Assembly (NCBI GenBank): GCA_964531745.1
Contig: CAZHFX010000001.1
Location: 1 to 54,914, forward strand
Direction: 5' to 3'
DNA length: 54,914 nucleotides
From: an uncultured Gammaproteobacteria bacterium
GTDB lineage: Bacteria > Patescibacteriota > Patescibacteriia > Magasanikbacterales > GWA2-37-8
Below are positions 18,518-30,021 of the stretch, piece by piece. Below the pieces are notes generated by a model. It saw nothing but the letters and a program-made list of their open reading frames with translations, was not told the origin of the DNA and made no database searches. The translations under genes were made by a program, and so were the position numbers. Each line of letters opens with the position of its first letter. Position 1 is the stretch's first letter.

Positions 18518-18908
18518 ACTGATCATCATTGCGGAACTTTCGATTGGTAAAAATTACCGCTTCTAAAAAAAAGAAAAAAATAATTAAGACAATACCGTTC
18601 CACCAGGCGAGGAGACGGGCGGAGAGAAGCATAAGAGCAAAAATAATGATGATGGCCAAAAGCAAACTTTGGCGGAATGTGCGGCGCACATGGCGGAATA
18701 CCACTTCGTCATTTTTAACTAAAAAACGCCGCGCCAAAAACCCGCTGACGGAGAAAGTGCCGACAATTGCTAAAAACAGACTGCAGTAGAAAAAGAAAAG
18801 CGCCAGCCAACCTCCGTCCGGAGTGATGTAGTTAAGCACAAAAAACCACGCCACCCAGCATAAAAGAGTGGCAATTGACATCAAAATAAGGTATTGACGC
18901 AAAGACAT
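18507..18908 (-). CDS. Hypothetical membrane protein (about 4 TM)
   Basis: Hydrophobic segments only. No motif recognised. Confidence 0.5.
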   Translation of the reverse strand: MSLRQYLILMSIATLLCWVAWFFVLNYITPDGGWLALFFFYCSLFLAIVGTFSVSGFLARRFLVKNDEVVFRHVRRTFRQSLLLAIIIIFALMLLSARLLAWWNGIVLIIFFFFLEAVIFTNRKFRNDDQYGL

Positions 18909-18953
18909 ACTAGATTAGGGTATTTTAGGCCGAAACTCGGCTTTTGGCAAGCT

Positions 18954-19247
18954 TTATAAAATATAACGGATTTTGTGGATTTGAGAGCCAGAAACGCGCT
19001 CTCGGAGCGACGCGAGCAGGCCGGCTTCACGCAATTTAATCTCCTGGGCGGCGGCGGCGCTCAAGCAGGCGATATACAGCGTCTCTTGTTTAATATAGAC
19101 GGCATTGGCATGATTTTTTATCTCGGGGCCTAACATATCGGCAAGCAAGATATTGGCTGTTTCCACTGTTAAAGAAGCTGACACCCTTTTCAGGATGGGT
19201 GAAGAAAAATTTTTATGGCCGATAATCTTGGCGAATGAGTCCAGCAT
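18954..19247 (-). CDS. DUF721/DciA-like small protein
   Basis: About 97 aa with the pattern ...AVYIKQETLYIACLSAAAAQEIKL..., typical of DUF721 (from memory). It lies 4 nt after the helicase-nuclease gene. Confidence 0.45.
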   Translation of the reverse strand: MLDSFAKIIGHKNFSSPILKRVSASLTVETANILLADMLGPEIKNHANAVYIKQETLYIACLSAAAAQEIKLREAGLLASLRERVSGSQIHKIRYIL

Positions 19248-19250
19248 AGG

Positions 19251-22196
19251 CTACGCGCGAAATTCGCAAATATCTTTGAAATCGCAATGGTCGCAGGCGA
19301 ATTGGCTCGGGGTGGCCGCGAATTTTTGCGCTTTAATCTTTTCCACTGACCCGATTAAACTTTCTTGGAGCTTCTGCAAATCTTTGTCGTCACCGATAAA
19401 CGAAGCGCGGATTTCGTCTTCAACATAGTAGTAAGTCAGCTTGCTTGGTCGGCCGGCATTTTTGTAATCGGACAGCTGTTCGACGGCAATTTGGTAAATG
19501 AGCAGCTGCTCTTTGTCGGCGACGGCCAATTTTTCTTTGGGTTTGCCGGTTTTGTAGTCAATAATTTCCAGCGTGCCATCAGGAAGCTTGTCTACGCGGT
19601 CAATGCGTCCGCTTAAAAGATGGTCGCCGATTTTAATTTTGAAAAAACTTTCCAAAAACTCCGGAATGGTCCAGCGGTTCTCCTGCGCTTTGTAAAAGGC
19701 GCGCAAAACATTTTTTCCTTTTTCAAAATACTGCTCCTTCTGCTTGGCTCCGGCATACCAATCATCAATCCACTTGTTTTCATAAATTTTGAGCAACTCA
19801 TCCACTGTCGGAATTTGTACGGTATCATCGAGTTTTTTCTTTTTCGGCGATTCAAAAAGAGAAACCTGCGTCGTGGCGTTCAATTCTTTCACGCGAAGAT
19901 AAAACGCCTGCAAGGTATTGTGGATAGTGGTGCCGAAACTAAAGTAGTGACTGCCTTTGGCTGGCAAGCTTAACACATGAGCCAGTTTATATTTATAAGG
20001 GCAGGTTTCATACATTTGTATATGCGAAAAAGAAAAGCTTTTGGGCAACTCATAGACAATTTCGCGTTTGTCAAGCGCCCGGGCCGCTTTTTTTTCCTCT
20101 AGCATTTCTTTTGCCCCCTCTTGTTCAGCGACGCGGTAGCCGATTTCGTTCAAAAATCGGCTGATTTTCTTCGCCCGCATGCCGCCGTAGTTTGAGGCGC
20201 TGGTGAAGTAAAGCCGCTCTTTAGCGCGAGTCATGGCGACATAAAATAAGCGGCGCTCTTCCGCGTAGTGGCTGTCCCCTTCCGGCAGTTGTTCTTTCAC
20301 GAGCGGGAGCGGAATTTCTATGCCATCGCCCTTGACGCGCGTGGGGAAACGTTCTTCCACCAGGTTGGCGATAAAAACATATTTATATTCCAAACCTTTG
20401 GCGCTGTGCACTGTGAGAATATTTACCGAGTCCGGCGTATCATTAAAATCAAACCCGCTCCGGGCGAATTTGCCGCGGTCGCCGGAATCTTGGATGTGGC
20501 CAAACTCTTCCATAAAATTAGCGACGTGAGCGTCCGGCATCATTTTTTCAAATGTCTCCAAATAATCAAAAAATTGTTTAAGCTGGTAATTTTGGCGGAT
20601 AATCGCGGCATTCCCCGCCTCCTCCTCGTCTTTTAGATATTTTATATAGCCGCTTTTTTTTAAAAAATTGTACAGAAGAACGGCTGGCTTGAGATAACGC
20701 GATTCTTTGAGGCCGTCGTGGATGAGGCTGATGATGAGATCGCAGGCCTTTACCGACTCTTCGGCCAGATTAAACTCGCGGCAACGTTTTAACGCTTCGT
20801 AATAGGTGTAGGCCTTGCGCTTGGCTTGAGCAGTGAATTTTTGTAAGTCGTTCTCGTTAAATTTGAGGAATGGCAAACGGAGCAAGCGGAAAATGGCGAT
20901 GCCATCGGCGTGATCGGCGAGGATTTTAAAATAATTTATACAATCAAGAATCACCGGCTGGCGGTAGAGCCCGCTCGCGGCCAAAAATTCATAGGGAATG
21001 CCGCGCGACTCCAGGCCGTCAATAAATGGTTCGGCTTGACTGTTGGCGCGCACCAGGATGGCAAAATCGTCCCAAGTGGCGCCGCTGTCTATCTGTTTCA
21101 AACGCTCAATTTCGTCCATCACACTCCTTACCTCGTCCTCCAGCGTGGCCGAGTGTATATGCGCCACGGTTTTGTTATTTCCCTGAAAAGTTGTATGCGC
21201 CTTCAACTTTTTGTCTATCTTAAGTTTAATCTCCAATCTATCGGGGTTATTATTCTGGATGGACTCGTACGCTCTGTCCAAGATCTCTTGGTTGGAGCGA
21301 TAGTTTTCGTTGAGCACGATTTTTTTCGCTTTAGGAAAATCATCCTGAAAACGTAAAATGTTGGAAACGCTGGCCCCGCGGAAAGCGTAAATACTCTGGT
21401 CATCATCCCCTACTACGGTCAGCTGCGCTTTTTCATCAGCCAACATTTGTACCAAATTATACTGCGCCCAGTTTACATCTTGAAATTCGTCCACCAAAAT
21501 GTACTTATATTTGGTTTGAAATTTGGCCAGAATATTCGGCCGCGTTTGAAATAATTTATTGGCGTAGTAAATAAGATCGCCAAAATCCAACTGCGCGGAG
21601 TCTAACAGAAGCTGGTTGTAGACGTGGTACGCGTTCGCAAGTTCGGTAATGCGGTTTTTATCTTCTAGGTTGGCGGTGCCGTTGTCCTTGCTTAACCCCT
21701 CGGCGAATTGCCGGTACTCTTCGGGCGAAATCAGCTCATCTTTACACTTGGAAAAATGTTTGAGGAGTTCGTGGATGTGTTTGGCGGGGTTGCCAATTGG
21801 GCGATAATAATCAAGGTTGAGTTTGTCTAAATTTTTGCGCGCTAGAAGCCAAACGGCTGTTTGGCCCAATAGCTCAAACTGGTTGGAAAGGCCGATATCA
21901 ATGGCGTGACGCTCCAAGAGTCGCTGGCAGAAGCTGTGGAAAGTGGAAATAGCTATCTCTGTATAGCCGATGTCAATCAGCTCATCTACGCGCTCCTGGA
22001 TTTCTTCCGCGGCCTTATCGTTGAAAGCCAAAGCCAAAATTTCCTCCGGTTTAGCGAGTTTGTTCTCAATGAGATAGCAAATTTTTTGGGTAATAACGGT
22101 GGTCTTGCCCGTCCCCGCGCCGGCCACAATCAAAAGCGGACCATAGGTATATTCCACAGCCTCACGTTGAGCCTTGTTTAGAGCACGTTTTGGCAT
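19251..22196 (-). CDS. UvrD/PcrA-type helicase fused to a C-terminal PD-(D/E)xK nuclease with a Cys cluster
   Basis: AGAGTGKT (Walker A) and DEFQD. The C-terminal nuclease domain ends in CDHCDFKDIC, with an upstream Cys in ETCPYKYKL (AddB/Cas4-type ligands). Start taken at ATG 22196. Confidence 0.8.
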   Translation of the reverse strand: MPKRALNKAQREAVEYTYGPLLIVAGAGTGKTTVITQKICYLIENKLAKPEEILALAFNDKAAEEIQERVDELIDIGYTEIAISTFHSFCQRLLERHAIDIGLSNQFELLGQTAVWLLARKNLDKLNLDYYRPIGNPAKHIHELLKHFSKCKDELISPEEYRQFAEGLSKDNGTANLEDKNRITELANAYHVYNQLLLDSAQLDFGDLIYYANKLFQTRPNILAKFQTKYKYILVDEFQDVNWAQYNLVQMLADEKAQLTVVGDDDQSIYAFRGASVSNILRFQDDFPKAKKIVLNENYRSNQEILDRAYESIQNNNPDRLEIKLKIDKKLKAHTTFQGNNKTVAHIHSATLEDEVRSVMDEIERLKQIDSGATWDDFAILVRANSQAEPFIDGLESRGIPYEFLAASGLYRQPVILDCINYFKILADHADGIAIFRLLRLPFLKFNENDLQKFTAQAKRKAYTYYEALKRCREFNLAEESVKACDLIISLIHDGLKESRYLKPAVLLYNFLKKSGYIKYLKDEEEAGNAAIIRQNYQLKQFFDYLETFEKMMPDAHVANFMEEFGHIQDSGDRGKFARSGFDFNDTPDSVNILTVHSAKGLEYKYVFIANLVEERFPTRVKGDGIEIPLPLVKEQLPEGDSHYAEERRLFYVAMTRAKERLYFTSASNYGGMRAKKISRFLNEIGYRVAEQEGAKEMLEEKKAARALDKREIVYELPKSFSFSHIQMYETCPYKYKLAHVLSLPAKGSHYFSFGTTIHNTLQAFYLRVKELNATTQVSLFESPKKKKLDDTVQIPTVDELLKIYENKWIDDWYAGAKQKEQYFEKGKNVLRAFYKAQENRWTIPEFLESFFKIKIGDHLLSGRIDRVDKLPDGTLEIIDYKTGKPKEKLAVADKEQLLIYQIAVEQLSDYKNAGRPSKLTYYYVEDEIRASFIGDDKDLQKLQESLIGSVEKIKAQKFAATPSQFACDHCDFKDICEFRA

Positions 22197-22314
22197 AGCT
22201 TTATGGCCTCTTCCGCCTTTTAGGGGGAGGGAAATTATAAACAAAAAAATACCAATTTTCTGGTACTAGTATAACGAAGTTCTCAAGAATATACAAACCA
22301 TCCATTTCAAAAAA

Positions 22315-23445
22315 TTATTTTTTCTTATTAGCCAACTGCCCGCAAGCGGCGGCAATATCTTGGCCTTGGGAGTAGCGAATAGTGGAAATAAACCCGACGG
22401 CCATCAGGCTATTGTGCCAGTGCTCAATGAGCTCCGGCGGGGTGCGGTCAAAAGTGCGAAAATAGCTCTCACTCTGCCCTCTCCTCCCCTGCGTGGGCGA
22501 GGGTAAAAAGTCTTCCTGGTGCGGTTGAGACTCGTCGTCGATTTTGTTATACGGAATCAGGTTCACGCGGAAGTACGGAATTTTTTTACATAATTTAATG
22601 AGTGCCCGGAGATGGCGTTCGTCGTCATTCACGCCGGAGAGCATAATATATTCAAAACCAAGAAAGTGCGTACGGCTGGGAAAACGTTGGCGGTAAGCCA
22701 CCGCCCACTTCACCAGCCACTCTAGAAAACCTTTTTTGTGCGATGGCATAATCTGTTGGCGCGTTTCCTCAATGGCGCTGTGGAGCGACAATGCCCAGCG
22801 CACCGGCGGAAAATTGACATCGGATAAAAGTTTCTCCATCATAGCTGGTACACCGGCCGTGGAAACCGTAATTTTCGTTTCGCCTAGTTCGGTATTCTTC
22901 AAAAGTATTCGGAGCGCGCGTTTTACATTCTCGTAGTTTAAAAGCGGTTCTCCTTGCCCCATCATCACAATATTCCCGACCCGTGCGCCTTCTTTTGCCA
23001 AAAGTCTTTGGGCAAAACGGTATTGGTCAATAATTTCCTCCGCCGAGAGCTGGCGTTTGAAACCGGCCTTGCCGGTGGCGCAAAAAATGCATTTCATCGG
23101 ACAGCCGACTTGAGAAGAAATACAGATAGTATACCTGTCCGGCCCGCCCTCAACGGCGTCTTCTTTGAGATTCTTGCGCCCCATTACCACCGTTTCAATC
23201 AAATTACCGTCGTGGAGTTTAAAAAGAAATTTTCGTGTGTTGTCCATTTTACTGGAAAAAGCGGCGGCAACTTCCACAGTTAACCACGGAAAATGTTTTA
23301 GCTTTTCACGCAGTTCTTTAGGCAGAGTGGTAATTTCGTCATAACTGCTAATATTCACGTCAAACCACGCTTGCTCAATTTGAGCTTGGCGGTAGCTTGG
23401 TTCAGCGGTTAAAATGGCTTTAAACTCGGTGGACTGTGAAGACAT
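22315..23445 (-). CDS. rlmN: 23S rRNA/tRNA m2A methyltransferase RlmN (radical SAM)
   Basis: CPMKCIFCATG (CxxxCxxC) and a C-terminal DIAAACGQL. Confidence 0.85.
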   Translation of the reverse strand: MSSQSTEFKAILTAEPSYRQAQIEQAWFDVNISSYDEITTLPKELREKLKHFPWLTVEVAAAFSSKMDNTRKFLFKLHDGNLIETVVMGRKNLKEDAVEGGPDRYTICISSQVGCPMKCIFCATGKAGFKRQLSAEEIIDQYRFAQRLLAKEGARVGNIVMMGQGEPLLNYENVKRALRILLKNTELGETKITVSTAGVPAMMEKLLSDVNFPPVRWALSLHSAIEETRQQIMPSHKKGFLEWLVKWAVAYRQRFPSRTHFLGFEYIMLSGVNDDERHLRALIKLCKKIPYFRVNLIPYNKIDDESQPHQEDFLPSPTQGRRGQSESYFRTFDRTPPELIEHWHNSLMAVGFISTIRYSQGQDIAAACGQLANKKK

Positions 23446-23454
23446 CGCGAATAA

Positions 23455-25221
23455 TTATTTTTCGGTCAGAAATCCTCCGGCCTGAATTTTCCACAATCCC
23501 CGGTAGATGCCATCTTTTTTCTTGAGTAAATCGCCGTGCGCGCCCTCTTCCACGATAATACCGCGGTCAACGACGACTATCCTGTCCATGGTCATGATGG
23601 TAGAAAGACGGTGGGCGATGACAATGACCGTCTTATCGCGCATTAAATTTTTGAGCGCGTCTTGAATGAGAGCCTCGGATTCGGAATCCAAACTGGAGGT
23701 GGCCTCATCCAGCACCAAAATCGGCGCGTCGCGCAAAATCGCCCGAGCAATAACGACGCGCTGGCGTTCGCCGCCGGAAAGTTTTACCCCGCGTTCGCCC
23801 ACGTAGGTACTGTATTTTTCCGGAAATTCGGAAATAAATTCATCGCAGTGAGCCAATTTCGCCGCCCGAAACACCTGCTCATCAGCGGCTTCCGGCCGGC
23901 CATAGCGGATATTTTCCATGAGCGTGCGATGAAATAAAATCGGATCTTGCGGCACGAGGCTCACCGCCTGCCACAGGCTCTCTTGCGTCACGCGATTTAT
24001 TTTTTGCCCGTCTATGGCGACCTCTCCGCCTGCGATATCGTGCATGCGGAGCAATAATTTGATAATGGTGGACTTTCCCGCTCCGGACGGACCGACTAGC
24101 GCTATCTTTTCGCGCGGCGCGACAATCAGATTCAGCCTAGAGAAAATTTTACGCGTTTCATGATAATAAAAATCCACATTTTTGAACACAATTTCACCGC
24201 GCGTTACTTTGAGCGATTTAGCTCCGTGCGCGTCCTGAATTTCATGAGGCGTGTTAAAAATAACGGTCATTTCTTCCGCATCTGCCAAATCGGAATAGAG
24301 TTGACGGACCATCTTTCCGAAATCCCACACCTTGTCAAAAATGATAATGACATAAGATTGGAGCAACACAAAATCGCCAATAGTCAAAGCGCCTTCTTTC
24401 CAAAGCTGAACTGCTAAATAGAAGATGCCAAGCTCAAACGCCACTACCAAAAAACCCTGCACTGCTTCAAATGCGGTATCCAAATTCCATGTAAACCAGC
24501 GCAAGTAGCGAACTTTTTCCATCGCCCGGCCAAAGGTCGCGCGCTCGCGATCGTACCCGACGAACAGCTTAACATTGTTGTTATTAGTGATGGTATCAGC
24601 CAAGATGCCGGTGGCCTTGGTTTCGGCTTCGTTGCGCTGAATATCAAAACGCAATTTGTAGAAAGTAAAGAATAGATTAACCGTTAAAAATAAAGACAGC
24701 CACGCGAGACTGCCGACGCCCAGCCAGAGATTTCTTTGGAATAAAACAAAAATTACTATCGTCAATTCAACAAATAGCGGCAAAAGAACCCAGGTGATTT
24801 TATCAGCCACGCTTTCAAAGGCGCGGACAAACCAATTCACCCTTTTCACGAGCGACCCGACGAAATTATTATTGAAATAGGAAAAAGAATGTTTATGCAG
24901 ATACGCGAAACAACGATTGGCCAAACGCGCCATCACCGCCGGCTGAAAAGAGGTGTTGGTAAAACCGGCCACCCGCCAACAGAGCCAGCGAAAACCTTCC
25001 AAAATTGCGATGAGAAACAATACATGAACAAGTGCTGGAACAACAATTTGGACATTCGTACTTTGAGTGAGAACGTCGAAAAATCGTTTAAAATAAAGTG
25101 GGATAATGACCCCGAACGACGCGCCTCCAATCACTGTCACCAGCGTGACACCGATAAGCAAACGAAAAACGCGCGCTTCCTGCCAGTAGATTTTGAAAGT
25201 GAGCTTGGTATTGTATTTCAT
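23455..25221 (-). CDS. ABC exporter, fused permease/ATPase (MsbA-like)
   Basis: 6-TM domain plus GPSGAGKST, LSGGERQR and LVLDEATS. Start taken at ATG 25221 (the track start is TTG). Confidence 0.85.
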   Translation of the reverse strand: MKYNTKLTFKIYWQEARVFRLLIGVTLVTVIGGASFGVIIPLYFKRFFDVLTQSTNVQIVVPALVHVLFLIAILEGFRWLCWRVAGFTNTSFQPAVMARLANRCFAYLHKHSFSYFNNNFVGSLVKRVNWFVRAFESVADKITWVLLPLFVELTIVIFVLFQRNLWLGVGSLAWLSLFLTVNLFFTFYKLRFDIQRNEAETKATGILADTITNNNNVKLFVGYDRERATFGRAMEKVRYLRWFTWNLDTAFEAVQGFLVVAFELGIFYLAVQLWKEGALTIGDFVLLQSYVIIIFDKVWDFGKMVRQLYSDLADAEEMTVIFNTPHEIQDAHGAKSLKVTRGEIVFKNVDFYYHETRKIFSRLNLIVAPREKIALVGPSGAGKSTIIKLLLRMHDIAGGEVAIDGQKINRVTQESLWQAVSLVPQDPILFHRTLMENIRYGRPEAADEQVFRAAKLAHCDEFISEFPEKYSTYVGERGVKLSGGERQRVVIARAILRDAPILVLDEATSSLDSESEALIQDALKNLMRDKTVIVIAHRLSTIMTMDRIVVVDRGIIVEEGAHGDLLKKKDGIYRGLWKIQAGGFLTEK

Positions 25222-25263
25222 ACAACTCAAACCCCCGGTGACGGGGGCTTATATGTAGAAGAC

Positions 25264-25291
25264 GGAAAATCGCGGTGTTTATTACACCGCG
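25264..25291 (-). terminator. Intrinsic terminator after atpC
   Basis: Minus-strand CGCGGTGT-AATAA-ACACCGCG followed by ATTTTCC. A second GC hairpin (25232-25247) sits 10 nt before the ABC exporter ATG. Confidence 0.6.
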
Positions 25292-25313
25292 ACCGGAAAA
25301 AAAACCGGACTAT

Positions 25314-25727
25314 CTATTTAAGCTTGCGGTACTTATTGCCCACCCGCAAACGATTTAATTCCTTTTCTATCTTGGCGGCGAGAGCGACATAGTCAACATC
25401 TTCCTTGTTGCGCGCACTTTCCATCAGCTTGGCCGCGCGCGCGCGCGCCTCTTCGGCTCGGGCGAGATCAATTTCATGGGCGTGTTCGGCCGTATCCGCC
25501 AAAATCACCACCGACCCATCGTCTCGCACTACCCCAAAACCGCTGGACACGGCGATTACAAACTCCTTGCCCTGTTTTTTATAGCGAATTTCGCCCGGTT
25601 TCAAATTGGTCACGAGCGGGATATGATGCGGCAAAACCGTAATTTCACCCTCTTCCGTCATGAGGCTGATCTGATCAATTTCATCAGAGAATGCTGTTCG
25701 TTCGGGAGTAACGATTTGAAACTTCAT
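25314..25727 (-). CDS. atpC: F1 ATP synthase epsilon subunit
   Basis: MKFQIVTPERT... beta-sandwich plus helical hairpin. It is the last gene of the operon. Confidence 0.85.
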   Translation of the reverse strand: MKFQIVTPERTAFSDEIDQISLMTEEGEITVLPHHIPLVTNLKPGEIRYKKQGKEFVIAVSSGFGVVRDDGSVVILADTAEHAHEIDLARAEEARARAAKLMESARNKEDVDYVALAAKIEKELNRLRVGNKYRKLK

Positions 25728-25728
25728 A

Positions 25729-27099
<1,371 letters not shown>

Positions 27100-27143
27100 T
27101 TAAACAATAATTAGAAATTTTTTAAGTTGCCGGGGTGACATTT

Positions 27144-28061
27144 TTATTCCAACGCGGCGGCTCCGCCCACAATCTCCGAAATTTCTTGGGTAATCGCGGC
27201 CTGGCGAGCTTTATTAAATGAATAATTTAATTCTTTAATCATATCTTGGGCGGCGTCCGAGGCATTCCTCATCGCCAGCATCCTGGCGCTGTGTTCCGAC
27301 GCGTCGGATTCAAGAATGGCCTGGTAAATTTGCATTTCCACCAAGCGCGGCAAGATGCTGTCAAGCACTGTTCGCGCGCCCGGTTCAAAGGTGTAATTTC
27401 CCGCTTCAGTTGAATCATTATCTGTATTTTTCGTTTCTTCTGCGGTTAAGTCTAGCCCCAACCCCTCATCCAACCCTTTCTCCAGCGGTAAAATTTGTTT
27501 GATTTTTGGCAATTGGCTGATGGCGGAAACAAAATCAGTGTAAGCCACTACCACTCGATCATAAACGCCATGCACATACTCCTGAATCGCCAACTGCGTC
27601 ATCGGAAAAACTTCTTCAATCCGCGTCGTTAAGTCAATTTTTTCAAATTCCGCCACCACCGTCCGCCTCAATTTGTGAATAGACTTGCGGCCATGTTTGC
27701 CGGTGAGGATGACGTCAATTTGCGGTTCAGCTTCGATACTAACATCCTTAATATATTGTTGCGCGGCTTGAAACAGACGGCTGGTAAAACCGCCAGCCAA
27801 ACCGCGATTGCTAGTAATGATAATTATGCCGATTTTTTCCACCGGCCGCTGTGTGAGCAACGGATGCGAATTTATGCGTGTTTTCTTGGCGATATCATTG
27901 ATGATGTCCCACGCCAGTTTGGCGTAACTGCGCGTCGCCAAAGCATTAGCCACCGCGCGGCGCATTTTGACGGCAGAAATCATCTCCATTGCTTTGGTTA
28001 TTTTTTTAGTGTTACCAATGGATTTGATCCGGCGTTTAATTGCTTTGGTATTTAATGCCAT
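27144..28061 (-). CDS. atpG: F1 ATP synthase gamma subunit
   Basis: N-terminal IKRRIKSIGNTKKITKAMEMISAVKM and a C-terminal helix ...ITQEISEIVGGAAALE. Confidence 0.9.
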   Translation of the reverse strand: MALNTKAIKRRIKSIGNTKKITKAMEMISAVKMRRAVANALATRSYAKLAWDIINDIAKKTRINSHPLLTQRPVEKIGIIIITSNRGLAGGFTSRLFQAAQQYIKDVSIEAEPQIDVILTGKHGRKSIHKLRRTVVAEFEKIDLTTRIEEVFPMTQLAIQEYVHGVYDRVVVAYTDFVSAISQLPKIKQILPLEKGLDEGLGLDLTAEETKNTDNDSTEAGNYTFEPGARTVLDSILPRLVEMQIYQAILESDASEHSARMLAMRNASDAAQDMIKELNYSFNKARQAAITQEISEIVGGAAALE

Positions 28062-28087
28062 ATGTATCGTGTCATTGCTGGGACAAT

Positions 28088-29578
28088 TTATTTTTTCTTA
28101 AACTCGTCCATTGTTTCTTTTAATTCCTTTTCAATCGCGTCGTCCCAGCTTCCAGCGGAAATTTTATCCAACAACGGTTTTTTGAATTTTCCGAGGAAGA
28201 CGTGGAGAGAGTCTTCCCAAACGCGTATATCTTTCACCGCCACTTCGTTGGCACAGCCATTGGAAACGGCGAAGATAACAGCCGTTTGGTGTTCCACGGA
28301 CATGGGGGCGAACTGCGGCTGTTTTAGAATTTCCACCAATCGCTGACCAAGGTCAATCTGTTTTTTAGTTTCCGAGTCCAAATCGCTAGAAAACTGGGCA
28401 AAGGCTTCCAACTCGCGGAATTGAGCCAAACTTAATTTCATTTTACCGGCGACTTTTTTCATTGGCTTTATCTGCGCAGCCGAACCAACGCGCGACACAG
28501 AAATGCCGACGTTCAAAGCCGGACGGATGCCGCGATAGAATAGGTCGCTCTCTAGAAAAATCTGGCCATCAGTAATGGAGATGACGTTGGTGGGGATATA
28601 AGCCGTGACGTCGCCCGCTTGGGTTTCAATAATCGGCAGAGCGGTAATTGACCCGCCGCCCGATTCCTTGTTGCGGCGGCAGGCGCGTTCCAAAAGGCGC
28701 GAGTGGAGATAAAAAACATCGCCCGGATACGCTTCGCGTCCCGGCGGACGGCGCAATAAAAGAGAGATTTCGCGATAGGCCCAGGCCTGCTTGGAAAGAT
28801 CGTCATAAACCACCAGCACGTCTTTGCCCTGTTCCATAAAGTATTCAGCGATAGTCACGCCGGCGTAAGGAGCAATGTATAAAAGCGAGGCCGCGTCCGA
28901 AGCGCCGGCGCTAACGACGACGGTGTAATCCATTGCGCCGGCTTCCTTGAGCTTCTGCACCAAGCGAGCCACCTTAGACTCCTTTTGGCCAATAGCCACG
29001 TACACGCAAATCATTTTTTGGCCTTTTTGGTTCAAAATAGTATCAACCGCGACGGCCGTTTTACCGGTCTGGCGATCGCCGATAATCAGTTCGCGCTGGC
29101 CCCGGCCGATCGGGATCATCGCGTCAATCGCCTTAATTCCGGTCTGCACCGGCTGGCTCACCGGCTCGCGCGCCATGACTCCGGGGGCGATTTTTTCAAT
29201 TGGCGAAAATATTTTTGTTTTGAAATCCGCCCCGCCGTCAATGGGCTGCCCGAGCGGATTCACCACTCGGCCAATCAATTCATCGCCCACCGGTATTGAC
29301 AAAATGCGTCCCGTGCGTTTTACCGTGTCCCCTTCTTTAAGATGCTTGTAATCTCCCAAAATGATGGTGCCGATAGTTTCTTCTTCCAAGTTCAGCGCCA
29401 CGCCATACGTTCCGCCGGGAAATTCAAGCATCTCGCTGGCCCGGCAGGCAGTAAGACCGCGCAAGCGCGCGATGCCGTCACCCACCTCGGTAATCGTTCC
29501 GATCTCTTCAACTTTTACCTGTTTTTCAAAACTAGCGATATTTTTCTTCAGCTCCTCAACAATGTGATTAGTGGACAT
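28088..29578 (-). CDS. atpA: F1 ATP synthase alpha subunit
   Basis: GDRQTGKT P-loop. Full-length alpha. Confidence 0.95.
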   Translation of the reverse strand: MSTNHIVEELKKNIASFEKQVKVEEIGTITEVGDGIARLRGLTACRASEMLEFPGGTYGVALNLEEETIGTIILGDYKHLKEGDTVKRTGRILSIPVGDELIGRVVNPLGQPIDGGADFKTKIFSPIEKIAPGVMAREPVSQPVQTGIKAIDAMIPIGRGQRELIIGDRQTGKTAVAVDTILNQKGQKMICVYVAIGQKESKVARLVQKLKEAGAMDYTVVVSAGASDAASLLYIAPYAGVTIAEYFMEQGKDVLVVYDDLSKQAWAYREISLLLRRPPGREAYPGDVFYLHSRLLERACRRNKESGGGSITALPIIETQAGDVTAYIPTNVISITDGQIFLESDLFYRGIRPALNVGISVSRVGSAAQIKPMKKVAGKMKLSLAQFRELEAFAQFSSDLDSETKKQIDLGQRLVEILKQPQFAPMSVEHQTAVIFAVSNGCANEVAVKDIRVWEDSLHVFLGKFKKPLLDKISAGSWDDAIEKELKETMDEFKKK

Positions 29579-29591
29579 ACTCGTGAATAAA

Positions 29592-29978
29592 TTAAACTAA
29601 ATGTGCGTGTAAAATACGCAATTGGGTTTTTAAACTAGCATCAAAAATCGTGTCTTCCGTTTTAATAACTACCCCGCCGATCAAACTTTCGTCAATCGAC
29701 TGGCTCGCTTCCACCGTTTCGCCAAAAACTTTTTTTATCTGGCCGGCTGTTTTCGCGTCAATCTCCCTGGCTGTCGTAATGACGATTGACACCGCCCCGG
29801 ATCGCTTCTTCGCGTACGCTTCGTAGGCGGCCGCAATTTGCGGCGCGCGTTTCAAAATATTTTTTTTATACAAAAAAGCGGCAAAAACTTTCAGCGCCGA
29901 TTTTAATTCCTCGCCCTTTAAGCCATCAGTCACTTCAAACAAGGCTTTGGCGTAATCGTGAATACTGTCTTTTTTCAT
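29592..29978 (-). CDS. atpH: F1 ATP synthase delta (OSCP) subunit, unusually short
   Basis: YAKALFEV start region and a C-terminal [23 protein letters not shown]. Only about 128 aa from ATG 29978 (the track start 30002 is TTG and lies inside a hairpin). Confidence 0.7.
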   Translation of the reverse strand: MKKDSIHDYAKALFEVTDGLKGEELKSALKVFAAFLYKKNILKRAPQIAAAYEAYAKKRSGAVSIVITTAREIDAKTAGQIKKVFGETVEASQSIDESLIGGVVIKTEDTIFDASLKTQLRILHAHLV

Positions 29979-29984
29979 ATTTTT

Positions 29985-30017
29985 ATTGTCATTTTCAATC
30001 AAGTTGAAAATGACAAT
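29985..30017 (-). promoter_or_regulatory. Perfect 14-bp inverted repeat between atpF and atpH
   Basis: ATTGTCATTTTCAA-5 nt-TTGAAAATGACAAT. It ends 6 nt before the atpH ATG on the mRNA strand. Confidence 0.5.
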
Positions 30018-30021
30018 ATTG

